From an uncultured delta proteobacterium (GTDB taxonomy: Bacteria; Desulfobacterota; Binatia; UBA9968): 64,000 nt of DNA. A program made the position numbers and the translations under genes. A model generated the notes under the pieces. It was given only the letters and a program-made list of their open reading frames with translations. It made no database searches and was not told the origin of the DNA. Location of the stretch: positions 512,001-576,000 of the forward strand of contig CAVTUQ010000002.1 in the NCBI GenBank assembly GCA_963737905.1. Direction: 5' to 3'. Below, piece after piece: positions 1 to 10,192 of the stretch (its first letter is position 1; every line of letters starts with the position of its first letter).

Positions 1-1
1 T

Positions 2-559
2 TCTTTGGACGGCACCGCTGCGGTCATGACCCGCCGCATCATTCAAGCCAAGGGCCTCGATCCGCAGAAAGATGTCACGCTGTTGAGCATGGATACCTCA
101 GCCAGACTTCAGTCGCTGATGAGCGGCAAGGTCGCAGGCGCCATGATCACCCCGCCCTCGACGTATTCAGCGATGGATCAGGGTTACAAGGTTTTTGGAC
201 GCGGCCGCGACTATATGCGCTTCCTGCAAACCGGCGTCGTTGCGACCGACGCCTACATCAAACAAAAGCGCGAATTACTCGTGCGCTTTCTGCGCGCCTG
301 GAACCGGGCGTTGACATTCTACCAGGACAACCCGGAAGTCATGCTGCCCTATCTTCAAAAGAAACTCGCGGTGAAAGACGCGCAGCTTGCGCGCAAGATG
401 TATGACGATGATGCGGCTGAAATTTTACCCGGCGGCCGCTTGAGCCCAGACGCAATGAAAGAGATCATCGAGATCGGGAGGGAGGCCTTGAAAATCAAGG
501 AACCGATATCACCGGATCGAGTTTTCGACTTTTCATTAGCCACGGAAGCCATCAAGTGA
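2..559 (+). CDS. ABC transporter substrate-binding protein (NMT1/THI5/TauA-like), 5'-partial
   Basis: Frame open from the window edge; GLDPQKDV..., ARLQSL.SGKV.GA...PP pattern; similar to the two other SBPs at 27801 and 33759. Confidence 0.8.
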   Translation, partial: SLDGTAAVMTRRIIQAKGLDPQKDVTLLSMDTSARLQSLMSGKVAGAMITPPSTYSAMDQGYKVFGRGRDYMRFLQTGVVATDAYIKQKRELLVRFLRAWNRALTFYQDNPEVMLPYLQKKLAVKDAQLARKMYDDDAAEILPGGRLSPDAMKEIIEIGREALKIKEPISPDRVFDFSLATEAIK

Positions 560-578
560 TGGCCCAGCATCCAGCGAC

Positions 579-3246
579 TCAAGCGTGCGCTTCGGCCCAA
601 TTCGTTCCCATATGCACCTCAATAGCTAGGCCGCACTGTAGTTCTACAGCTTGGGTCATCTTTTCTTCGATGAGCCCCCGAGCTTGATCGAGCTTGCCGG
701 TCGGCACCTCGAACACGAGTTCGTCGTGCACGGTCAGGAGCATCTTGGCCACCGGCTCCGCCTGCAGGGCGGCATCGACACTGATCATCGCCTTCTTGAT
801 GATGTCGGCGGCGCTTCCTTGAATCGGCGCATTGAGCGCCATGCGTTCGCCCAGCGCCCGCAACCGATAATTGGAGGAGTGGAGCTCCGGCAGGTAGCGG
901 CGCCGACCGAACATCGTCGTTGTGAAACCGTCGATCTTCGCTTTTTCTACCTGAGAGGCGAGAAACGCTTTCACCTTCGGGAACTGAGCATAGTACGTTT
1001 CGATAAAATTCGCCGCCTCATCCATCTCGACGCCAAGCCGTTGCGAAACTCCAAAAGCAGACATGCCGTAAGCGATCCCGTAGGAGAACTGTTTGACATG
1101 GTTTCGCATCTCGGGTGTGACGTCGGCCAATCCAACGCCATAAACTCCGGCGGCGATGGTCGCATGGAAGTCGTGTCCCTCGGCGAAAGCCCGGAGAAAA
1201 GCCTCATCCTGGGAAAGATGCGCCAGCACTCGGAGTTCGATCTGCGAGTAGTCCGCCGAGAGCAGCACATGATCGGGGAGTGCGATAAACGCGCGCCGGA
1301 TCTGGCGGCCCATCTCACCGCGAATCGGGATGTTTTGCAGGTTAGGCGCCGTCGACGACAAGCGTCCGGTGACGGCGGTCGTCTGCTCATAAGTCGTGTG
1401 GATTCGATTCGTCTTGGGATCGATGAGCTCCAGCAGCATCTCGGTAAAGCCGGTCTTCAGCTTTGAAACCTCCCGATATTCGAGCAGTGATGCAATGATC
1501 GGATGGGCCCCGGTAATCTTCTCCAACTCCGCAGCGTCCGTGGAATAGCCGGTCTTGATTCTCCTGGTTTTTGGCAGGCCCAGTTTCTCAAAGAGAATAG
1601 TCTGGAGCTGGGGCTGGGATTTGACGTTGAAATTCTCGCCCGCAAGCTGCTGAATCGTGCCCTCGAGGGTTACCATCTTCTGCCCAAACTCGCTGTTCAA
1701 TTTATCAAGATAGCCGCGGTCGACGAGAATTCCGTTGTGCTCCATGCGCGCGAGCACCTTGACCAGGGGAAACTCCAAGGTGGTCGCCAACTCCCAAATA
1801 CCTTGGTTGCGGAGCTGTTCCTCGAGAGCGGGGGCGACGGCCCGGACCGCCACGGCTTCCCGGCAAACACGACGTTTGTCATCCGCACCTAAAGCGAGAC
1901 TGGCCTGTTCACCCGCTTCGAGCTCGGGCGGCTCCTCATCAATCGAGATCCTGAGATAACGGCTTACCGTATCTCTTAGCGCGTAGCCCGGTGCGGAGCC
2001 CGGTTCGAGCAAATAGGCAGCGATCTTTGTGTCACAATAAAGCCCCTGAATTTCCGTGACGGCCGCAAGGGCAGAGCGATAAAGCAGCTTGGCATCGTGG
2101 GCGATCTTTTCGTCTCTTGGCGTCCTTAAGAAAGCCATTGAGCCGCTGCATCCCGGAGAAGAACGGCAAAATGCGCGCTTCACCCGGTCCGTCACAAAGG
2201 GCAAGCCAATCCTCACTCCAAGCAAGCGCAACGGTCTCACCTTGATGAAGATCTTCCTCCGAGCGGAGCTCCGAGACCGTTTTGAGCTCGAGGGCGGGCG
2301 GCGCGGTGGCGGCGTGGAGCTTGAGCTCTTTCAACCGCTCGTGCAGAGTGCGGAACTCAAGAGAAGTGAAGAGCTTTCGTACTTCCTCATCATCCCAAGG
2401 CTCGAGGCGAATATCTCCGGGATTGATATCCAGCGGAACATCATCGAGCAAGCGCCCGAGCTCCTTATTGATGCGCACCTGGTTTGCACGCTCTTTGATG
2501 GCTTCGCGGAGTTTCGGGGTAAGCTCGTCGGCGTGGGCGATGACCTGATCGACGTCGCCGTATTTGTTCACCAGCTGAGCGGCGGTCTTGTCGCCGACAC
2601 CAGGGACACCGGGCAAATTATCCGAACTCTCGCCTTTGAGCGCCACGAAGTCCGTCCATTGCTTCGGCGTAACACCGTAGCGCTCCAGCACCGTCGCATT
2701 GTCGTAACGGATAACATCGGAGATGCCCCGGCGCGTCATGATCACAGAAACGCCGTCGCCGACGAGCTGGAGGATATCCCGGTCGCCGGTGACAATGACG
2801 ACCTCGTTCCCTTCTTGTCTGAAGCATTTCGTCAGAGTCGCCAGCAAGTCGTCGGCTTCGTAGCCCTCCAGCTCGGCCATGGGGATCCGTAAGCTCTTGA
2901 GCACCTCGCGGATCAATGGAAGTTGTTGCCTAAAAACGTCAGGTGTTTCAGCTCGGCCGGCCTTGTATTCTGCGTAGCGATCGAGCCGGAACTGCGGCGC
3001 TCCTTTGTCAAAGCAGACAACCACCTTATGCGGACGCTCGTCTGCCAGGAGTTTGATGAGCATAGCGGTAAAGCCATAGACGGCATTCGTGATCTGCCCC
3101 GATGAAGTGACAAGTGTATCGGGCAAGGCGAAAAAGGCACGAAACGCGAGCGAGTGGCCATCAAGCAATACCACTTTGCGTGCTTCGCTTTTGGCGGCTG
3201 CCGCTATGCTACGGCTGGGTTTAGTAACAGGTTTTTTCGTGCTCAC
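579..3246 (-). CDS. polA: DNA polymerase I, split by a single +1 frameshift at ~2107-2110
   Basis: 5'-3' exonuclease motifs (LLDGHSLAFRAFFA, EADD, TGDRD, SDNLPGVPGVG) in ORF 2032-3300. Polymerase motifs (TGRLSS, DYSQIELR, NAPIQGSAADIIK, VHDEL) in ORF 579-2240. Removing one T from TTTT at 2107-2110 joins them (DAKRRKIAHDAK). GTG start inferred at 3246. Confidence 0.93.
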
Positions 3247-3405
3247 ATCTCTCAGTCTACCCGTTGGCCACGTCTGCGGCAACCCGCCGCGTGGTGACAT
3301 CGCGTTGAATTTCGTCTTCGAAATGAGAGAGCAGAAAAAAAGAGTGGCGTCAGTCGCGAGCGATTGGCGGGGGACAGATGAACTTTCAAATTTTGTCCCG
3401 CCGTC

Positions 3406-3840
3406 CTAGCGCGGGGAGCGGTGATGGGTAAGCGCGAGACTATCCGTAATGAGCTGAAGCGGTATGTCGCCTGGATACCAAGCCTCCACGAAAGGAATGA
3501 AAAACTCCTTTCCTTTGCCCTCTCGGCTGGCGCGCTTCCAGGAAATCAACAACGGCCATGCACTCTCGTCGATGATTAAAACCACATGCGTTCCCTCGTT
3601 CCGGAGGGTCTTGAGCAACCAATAGCGTATCAGGGCCTCCTTAATATCTGCATCGGTTGGATCGCTCAAGTCGCATAGGCTGACCCAACCACGCTTGTAG
3701 CCGTAGCTCTGCTCGGGTTGCCTCGAAGCGAATGCGCGCTGCGTTTGCTGCTGGCCACTTATCCACCCCCGGCGACAAATTTCTTCAAAAGTTTGCTCCT
3801 CTGCCACATGAAACACCCGCCCGCGGAGAATCGGAAGCAT
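3406..3840 (-). CDS. Hypothetical protein, possible ADP-ribosyltransferase-like fold
   Basis: ORF; VFHV...I...G.I / VSLCD / EAWYPGDIP..LI pattern; start could be 3840 or 3912. Confidence 0.55.
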   Translation of the reverse strand: MLPILRGRVFHVAEEQTFEEICRRGWISGQQQTQRAFASRQPEQSYGYKRGWVSLCDLSDPTDADIKEALIRYWLLKTLRNEGTHVVLIIDESAWPLLISWKRASREGKGKEFFIPFVEAWYPGDIPLQLITDSLALTHHRSPR

Positions 3841-4314
3841 GATTTGTTCTATTTCGGAATGCTCGCAGTCGATTTTTTTTGGTATTACGTTCTCGTTCAA
3901 GGCCGGACCCAAACCTTATCGAAAGTTCCGCCGAAACTTCCGCAAAGTGCATGCCATCGCGAAAATGGCTGAATTGTCTGGCTTTCTGGTCAAGTAACAT
4001 GACAAAAATTCTCATCCGCAGTAAAAAATAACTTACGGGTCGCAGGGTAAGTCCTCCACTGACGTTCCGAGGAAATATTTTCTTCGACACACATGTATCG
4101 TTTGAGACGATTTCGTTTTCGATTTCCGGGCGAAAGGTTTCATTTTTCTGCGACAATCACAGGGATTCCCTGAGAGGGTTTCAGGAGTTCGCGCGTGGCC
4201 GACTAAGGTCAAAACCTCGCAAAAGTGATCCGAACTGATGCAGCCAGTCGCTTCCGCCCTGTAGGTTTGCGCAGCAATAAGCCTCTCCGTCTTGATTAGC
4301 GCCTTGTGGCGAAT

Positions 4315-5022
4315 CTATACCGATGCGAGCAGTGCGCGCTGGATCAACGCCTTAGCCATACCGACTTTGTAGACGTTATCTTTTAGTGGTTTGGCATCTT
4401 CGAGAGTAATCTCGCTGGCCTTTTGAGTAGTCTCCTCGTCGATCTTCTTGCCACGCAAGAACTGTTCGGCTCTCGGCGCGCGCCACGGAATGGGTGCCAC
4501 GCCGCCGAGAACCACACGTGCCTCCCTCGCGACTCCGCCGCTGCTCTGCACAACAGTAGCAACGCTCACGATGGCGTGATCCCAGGCCAACCGCTCACGC
4601 ACTTTATGGTAATAGCCCTTGCTCCCGGACTTGGGATAAGGAATAAACACTTCGGTTACGATTTCGCCGGGCTTCAGGATATTTTCACGTTTGAAGTCCA
4701 CTGAAGGCAGAACGAAAAACTTCTCCAAGGAGATGCTCCTCTCACCCACCGGACCAGCGATCTTAATTTGCGCATCTAGTGCGACGAGCGCCGGCGCGGT
4801 GTCCGACGGATGAACGATGTAGCTCGGCCCGCCGCCCAAGATGGCGTGAAAGCGGTTATCACCGGTGACTGTGTAGCAGATCTGTCCGCCTTTACGCAGA
4901 CAGTTAAAATTCGAGGAGCGGAAATACCAGCAGAAGGGCCGCTGGCAAATGTTGCCGGCGATAGTGCCGGCGTTGCGGATTTGTGGCGAAGCCGCTTCTC
5001 CGGCGGCGTCCGATAGGATGAG
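4315..5022 (-). pseudogene. Xanthine dehydrogenase family FAD subunit (PaoB/YagS type with 4Fe-4S insert), 5'-truncated
   Basis: Frame stays open upstream of the called ORF: ASPQIRNAGTIAGNICQRPFCWYFR...C..KGG..C...HPSDTAPAL, LGGVAPIPWR. It meets an in-frame TGA at ~5040; the N-terminal FAD-binding part is missing. Confidence 0.85.
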
Positions 5023-5031
5023 CAGCCTCTC

Positions 5032-5753
5032 AAGACCTCATTTGCCAAACAGCTTCTGGATCAAATAGCAAGGCACAACGCTCTGCCAGAAGTTTTTTCC
5101 AGTTTCGCCGAGAGCAAGAAGGAACTGAGAATCAGGACACTGGCTCGTTTGAGCGGAATGGAGAACAGAGAGATATGACGCGGCAGCGCGTATCTCCTCC
5201 ACTGGTAGGTATGCCGAAAGCCCAACACACGGACCTCGAGCGTCTGCCGCCCGGTTGGGACAAGGTCAAGAAATCAGCAGAAGAAGCGAAGACTTGGTTG
5301 GATTTGATTTATCTCATTGAGTGCGGCCGGAACAGCGATCTGCGACGGATCGAAGATCAGATTCGGGAGGTCGAAAGCATCAACGGCACGGATCGCGCGA
5401 TGGTTGTTATCGACGATTGCCAGCGCCTGGGAAACAGTGAACAGAGACTTACCGATCGCGTCGCGATCCTTGCCGACGAGCTGCAAAAAGCTGCTCTGAA
5501 TTTCGAGATTCCGATTCTGGCCGTTTTCCCCGATTTACGAGAGGATCGCAGCAGTTCGCCTCAGATCTGGAGCGACAGAGCGCCAAGCGCCGACGTGATC
5601 TTAGTCATGGAGATCGATTTAGAACGGACCAAAAAACTCACCGAACCCAATCAAGCGCTTGCACTACACGTTGTAAAGAACCGTGGTGGGGAAAAATGCA
5701 AACTGGCCTTCGAATTCGTCCCGGCTTTTTCAAAGTTTGCCGAGATTGCCTAG
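5032..5753 (+). pseudogene. DnaB-C/RecA-type ATPase remnant
   Basis: KTSFAKQLLDQIA (Walker A tail without its Gly loop), FAESKKEL..R.LARLSG, Walker B VVIDD, ADVILVM, VVKNRGG; nonsense TGA at 5176-5178 and a frameshift at ~5205. Confidence 0.75.
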
Positions 5754-5913
5754 CCATCGCGTGACGTTCGTCCGGTTATTTGCTCCGCCATTCCCATGCA
5801 TAGGATGTGAGCCGGGGTTCACGGCCCTCCACGACCAACGCCGCCACATAGTCCCCATCGACAGAAAGCTGACAAGACTCCTGTGGCACTTGTCGCTCAC
5901 GGGATATCTATCT

Positions 5914-6354
5914 TCAGTTCGACGATTTTTTTTTGCTATCCAAGGTAACTGACTCAAAGAGACTGAAAAAACCATGATGGCCCAATAATCCCATACCGAA
6001 CTGGTCCATTTCATCCATAAATCCTGCGAAGCAATCAAAGTGGTACCAGTTACCCTGAATACTTATCCACACTTTGATCGAGTGGTAATAAGTTGTCCCT
6101 GATCCAGCAACTCCCATCGTTCATTCGGACAAGCCAGTTTTAATATCGATACCAATTCGCTTACCCACCAGCGATGGAAAGACGCAGCTATCCGCACCAG
6201 AGTCAATGATAGAGAAGAAGGAAAGCGGGAATATCGCACCCTGATATTCTATGCGTGTCTCAAGCGCTGGCCGGTCAACAAAATTTCTGGCCGAAAATGC
6301 GGGAGTTAGAACTGCGGGAAAGCGAATGTATGGTAAAGAGAAAGAATGAATCAC
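5914..6354 (-). pseudogene. Retropepsin-like (clan AA) aspartyl protease with one in-frame stop
   Basis: IIDSGADSCVFP catalytic motif, then TGA at 6121-6123; same frame continues TMGVAG...GLLGHHGFF. Confidence 0.75.
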
Positions 6355-6560
6355 AGAAGATGCGCGGTATTTTCATCTGGAACGCGCACCAAGATGGGAT
6401 GATTTCCAAATTTCTCGGATGCTCGGATTGCGTCCTCCATCGTGTCCGCCGAGTAAAGAACGTGGGATTTGTCTTCAGACAAGATTACCCACTTACCTTT
6501 ATAAGGCTTTAGGAGCGTCGACAGGTCAATGACATTTGCGGATTCAGCTTCTCGAGTCAT
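6351..6560 (-). CDS. DUF5678-like small protein
   Basis: YKGKWVIL...VLYSADT.EDA...ILVRVP; RBS AAGGGGG; ATGA overlap with the aspartyl protease gene. Confidence 0.7.
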   Translation of the reverse strand: MTREAESANVIDLSTLLKPYKGKWVILSEDKSHVLYSADTMEDAIRASEKFGNHPILVRVPDENTAHLL

Positions 6561-6721
6561 CGCGGTTCCCCCTTTTATTGCTGCTAGGACCCGATTCAAA
6601 GGCGCTCTGTATATTCATCGCGGATACAGGGGTTCATATACTTCTCGTCTGTAATGTCAAGCAGAACAAAAGAGCAGCAATTGGTGTACCGCTCGGGTGA
6701 TTTCCGTAAGTTGCTGAACTT

Positions 6722-6965
6722 GTTTGATTGCCGGAGTTGCTCGAGTGGGCCTTCCGCAAGCAGGGCAAAATTGCGTGGATTCTTTGCCAGAATCTCGTTG
6801 CGGTAGGATTCAAGGATTCGTTGCATCCGTCCCATTTGCTCGATGGCTTGGTAAACTTGTATCGGATGTTTCAATCATAATCCTATCCCTCAAGATGCCT
6901 TTCTTCACGCTGGGCCGCTGCTTGACCTGCTGAAAGAACGCAACGGCGAGTTCAAGGTTCTCGCT
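6722..6965 (-). pseudogene. Fragments of a small two-gene module (hypothetical)
   Basis: Coding-like pieces NLELAVAFFQQVKQRPSVKKGILR and MIETSD/QVYQAIEQMGRMQRILESYRNEILAKNPRNFALLAEGPLEQLRQ split across frames. Confidence 0.4.
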
Positions 6966-7046
6966 GCCATTTTTCACCACTACTATATCAAACCCAAACC
7001 TTAGTGGATTTGAGTTGCTTGGGATCAAACCTTTCGGTTAGGCCGG

Positions 7047-7399
7047 TTACGCAAACACTTCCATTTTCTCCAAGGTAATCGAAATAAGTCTACATCCGGA
7101 TACAAGAGCCTGCTCGATGTCATTCCACTCAGAGGCCAACACACTGAAAAGCCGAGTATTGCTACAGTTGCCCCGGCGACGTGAACGACCTGCGGCGGAG
7201 CACCGTACAGCAACGCTCGATCGTAGAAGTCCGTGTCTTTACTGAAGATAACGAGACTCTCTACTCTGCCTCGCTCCCAAATCTGCGTGTCGGTGGCCGT
7301 CAACAGATTTCGATCAAAAAGATGTTCGGCTTCGTGACGCTGCGATCTCAACCAAACACACAGGCGTGGCGGAAGATTCGCGTCGACAAGAAACTTCAC
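7047..7399 (-). pseudogene. DUF5615 PIN-like toxin, frameshifted at ~7172
   Basis: MKFLVDANLP...DTQIW...IFSKDTDF; continues in another frame as GNCSNTRL...EVFA*; GTGA overlap with DUF433. Confidence 0.8.
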
Positions 7400-7620
7400 T
7401 TGGTCAGCGGGATTTCGCGATGGGCCACGTGACGCGCCGCATATTCGAGACACGCATCAATGTCGGCTTTTTCAAGGTAGGGAAAGTCTTGCAGCATTTG
7501 CTCCGGCGTCATCCCGCCGGCAAGCATTTCAAGCACATGGCTCACCGTAATTCGCATGCCGCGAATTGTCGGCTCACCACCGCACACATCCGGTTTGATT
7601 GTGATACGATCAATAGGCAT
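7396..7620 (-). CDS. DUF433 domain antitoxin
   Basis: RITIKPDVCGGEPTIRGMRITV..VLEML..GMT.E..L.DFP.L...DI.ACL.YA. Confidence 0.92.
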   Translation of the reverse strand: MPIDRITIKPDVCGGEPTIRGMRITVSHVLEMLAGGMTPEQMLQDFPYLEKADIDACLEYAARHVAHREIPLTK

Positions 7621-7786
7621 GCAACTATTTTATAAGAACCTCGGAAGAACGCAATCTGATTTTAAATACGCGCCTGGGTTACGAAATGGTCTCAGCAGCG
7701 CTTCCAACTTCTCGTTTCCACAGCCGAGGTCTTTGACGTTTGCTTATTTTTGGGTTTCGAACTGGCATGGTTTTTATTCTCAGTAA

Positions 7787-7972
7787 TTGAGCGATTGGAA
7801 CAACTGGAACTTTGGAACGCTTGGAACCTGCGTCAGCCCGAAACGTTTTGCATGAAGCAAAGCGGTTGAACGATTGGAACGCCTGGAACGGACTGATCCC
7901 CGTGATGAACGGAGCAAAGCGGTGGAACCCTTCGATAGAACTGAGGGCAGGCGTTTGGAACGGCTGGAACGG
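7787..7972. repeat. Intergenic TTGGAAC/TTGAAC-rich repeat element with an embedded CCCTTCGA..CT(C/G)AGGGCAGG unit
   Basis: About 10 (T/C)GGAAC/TGAAC units at roughly 9-bp spacing; inverted homolog at 56285-56346. Confidence 0.75.
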
Positions 7973-8054
7973 GCTTTCTGTTTGCCTTAGAGCGTCGGTT
8001 TCAATACAAAAAAGCTGCTCCTAAGCTCTTAAATCGCGCCATTTATACAATGTT

Positions 8055-8552
8055 CTATCGCTGAATCAATGGGTTGCTCTGGGCGACCCGGTGCCGCGCT
8101 CGCTCACATGCTTGGGCTAAGTCCTGTTGTAGGCGCTCAGCTAGTGCAGCCGGTGTGTGGAATTGAGAGACGCGACGCGAGCGGCTCAACGGATGGCGGA
8201 TATCGTGATGCCAGATAACCTCCCCGTTGGTCGAATACAAAAACGGGACCCGGTAACCCCGGAAGTTCAGCGGATTGCTTGTCGCCCCTTTTGAGTAGCG
8301 CTCGGCTTGGGTCAGGACATTTTGCGGACCAAGCGTGACTCTCGTCGCTTCGACGATGCCGAGAATCTGGCCGGAAACACACAGTGCATAGTCTGCTGGT
8401 CCATTCTCTGTCGGGTACTCTCGAACGGCGCATTTATCGTAAGCTGCAAGTGGCCTACGCGGATCGAAATCAACGATCGTCCACCCAGCCCAGGTAAGCT
8501 CTGGATCAATCCTCTCCCTCCGGGTTCTTCGTTCGCTCTCTTCGGAGATAAG
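8055..8552 (-). pseudogene. hsdR: Type I restriction enzyme R subunit N-terminal fragment
   Basis: Manual translation: ESERRTRRERIDPEL..AGW...AVREYPTENGPADYALCVSGQILGIVEAT...QAERYS...VPFLYSTNGEVIW...FHTP; no start codon, no helicase domain. Confidence 0.8.
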
Positions 8553-8833
8553 ACAAATTCAAGCTCAGCGGATTTTAAGCGATTGCGCGAGTTATATTCA
8601 ATGGTGGTGAAATCAAGGGGTTTTGTGTGGCGCCGGAGATACCAAATTTGCCAGAACCTGAGATGGCGCGGCGCGTTAAGACAAGGATGAATGATCAAAG
8701 CTGCAAGAGGGAAGAAACCACCGTGATCGTGAACCGGAGAACTGTCGTGTTCGTGACTCGGACAAAACACGTGCTCGTGATCAGGGATGGTCCCCAGCCA
8801 AACCGTAATTGCCCCGACTATAAAATTTGAGGC

Positions 8834-8862
8834 ATTCTAGCCGTATGGCCCGGATCTGACAA
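8834..8862 (-). promoter_or_regulatory. Sigma70-like promoter, copy A
   Basis: TTGTCA-N17-TAGAAT on the minus strand. Confidence 0.55.
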
Positions 8863-9127
8863 GGATTTTGTCCGTCCTTCAGCGTGAGCGAGAGAACCGT
8901 CTCTATGGATTCGGATTCCTTTTAGAGAATTAACGTAGGCGGACTCGGGAGGGGATTGCTGTCTTAATAGTGAACAGTTTTGAAAAAAAATTATCCTTGA
9001 GGAAAAGACCGTGCGGCTTGGTCTTATCCATAAACCCGGTATCCCGGATCTGACAAGGGAATTCTTAAAGGGCTAGCGGATAAAGTAGGAACCTTCAGGG
9101 ACGACCATACCTCAGAACCTTGCGATC

Positions 9128-9616
9128 CTAGGCTGCTCTCTTCTTCTTGAGGGAAAACTCGATCTGATAGCCAGCGAGTTCTGCCAGCCGAATGAGCTGG
9201 AGGATCTGTTTGGAGGCCTTGTTTTCTTGGAGCAAGCGCACCACCTGGGACGGAGAAGTATCAAGAGCGTCCGCAATCACACGAACGGATAGCCGGGAAG
9301 TCGAGAGCTTGTCCTTCAGTGCGCTCTTTAGCTGATTCAACGGCGACCAATGGTAGGTGGGATCACAATAGTACAAGACGAAGTCAGCCGGGAAATCCCC
9401 CTTTGATCCATCTTCGAGAAGAAAGGACACCGCTTGGTCACCCAGCTCGCGATCTATCGTGATCGACGTAAATCGATTCCTACTGCTAATCTTCACATCC
9501 CTGAAAACCGCGAAGGGTAAACTGTAGCTCTTTATCTTCTTTCCATCCCGCAGAGTGACCTCCAGTACGTTCTTTCGGTAGTTCGGTTTGATTTCCTTGA
9601 ATTTCGGGTTTCTCAT
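9128..9616 (-). CDS. Putative antitoxin (DUF2442-like N-terminus plus C-terminal HTH)
   Basis: ORF directly after a DUF4160-like gene; LSVRVIADALDTSPSQVVRLL helix-turn-helix. Confidence 0.65.
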   Translation of the reverse strand: MRNPKFKEIKPNYRKNVLEVTLRDGKKIKSYSLPFAVFRDVKISSRNRFTSITIDRELGDQAVSFLLEDGSKGDFPADFVLYYCDPTYHWSPLNQLKSALKDKLSTSRLSVRVIADALDTSPSQVVRLLQENKASKQILQLIRLAELAGYQIEFSLKKKRAA

Positions 9617-9809
9617 AGAATCCCCCTCTTTCCGTAAAGTCTCCAAAGCCTTCTTTCGCCTCCGGCGTCATCTTTCCCTCCATCACCGTCCACGTTTCGT
9701 TATTGAACTTGAGAAGGCGCTTCTTGTCCTCAAACACATGAACGTGCTTTGGATCGTGGTCCGTGGAAAACAGCACGACTATGACGCCATGACGCTTCCA
9801 CCGACCCCT
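9613..9809 (-). pseudogene. DUF4160-like toxin remnant
   Basis: GRWKRHGVIVVLFSTDHDPKHVHV (H..P.HVHV motif); AGG at the expected start codon; extra bases in runs at ~9654 and probably ~9623. Confidence 0.65.
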
Positions 9810-9814
9810 AGATA

Positions 9815-9844
9815 CGTGTACCCAAAAAATGTGACAGTTGTCAA
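9815..9844 (-). promoter_or_regulatory. Promoter/operator of the DUF4160 module
   Basis: TTGACA -35 overlapping the inverted repeat TGACA-N2-TGTCA; weak -10 just before the gene. Confidence 0.4.
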
Positions 9845-10163
9845 GGAAGCCGTGGAGGCTGGTGCGGGCTTCTACACCCTGTGTAATATTTGGGTTCGGC
9901 TTGAATAGTGAAGGTCGGTCGAAACTTGGGTCAGGAGCTTTGAAGGTCGAGCCGGAGTAATTAGCAACAAATTACCGCGGAAAACTTATCGTGAAACTTC
10001 GACGTTTCGAGAATTCTCGAAACACCGAAATGTCAGGTGACACCCTTACGGGATCGCAGACCTGAATGGGATTACCGAAATCTGCGGACACCGGAACACC
10101 ACCGTGATCGTACTCGTGATCCGTGGTCGCCCCGTCTAAAACTGCCACCTCTAAAATAGCGGC

Positions 10164-10192
10164 ATTCTAGCGATCTGACCGTTTGCTGGCAA
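10164..10192 (-). promoter_or_regulatory. Sigma70-like promoter, copy C
   Basis: TTGCCA-N17-TAGAAT on the minus strand. Confidence 0.55.

Noticed and set aside
2095-2125. Programmed frameshift or intein splitting polA
   Set aside because: No canonical slippery heptamer or intein motifs; one extra base explains it, as in several other genes.
6121-6123. Selenocysteine or readthrough at the in-frame TGA
   Set aside because: The position is not a Cys-equivalent catalytic site and no SECIS-like hairpin is evident; it lies in a decaying region.
7787-7972. CRISPR array
   Set aside because: Units are 6-9 bp and degenerate, with no constant 23-47 bp repeat and unique spacers; no cas genes in the window.
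7812-8024. 70-aa ORF (MERLEP...WNGWNG)
   Set aside because: It is a translation of the GGAAC repeat element.
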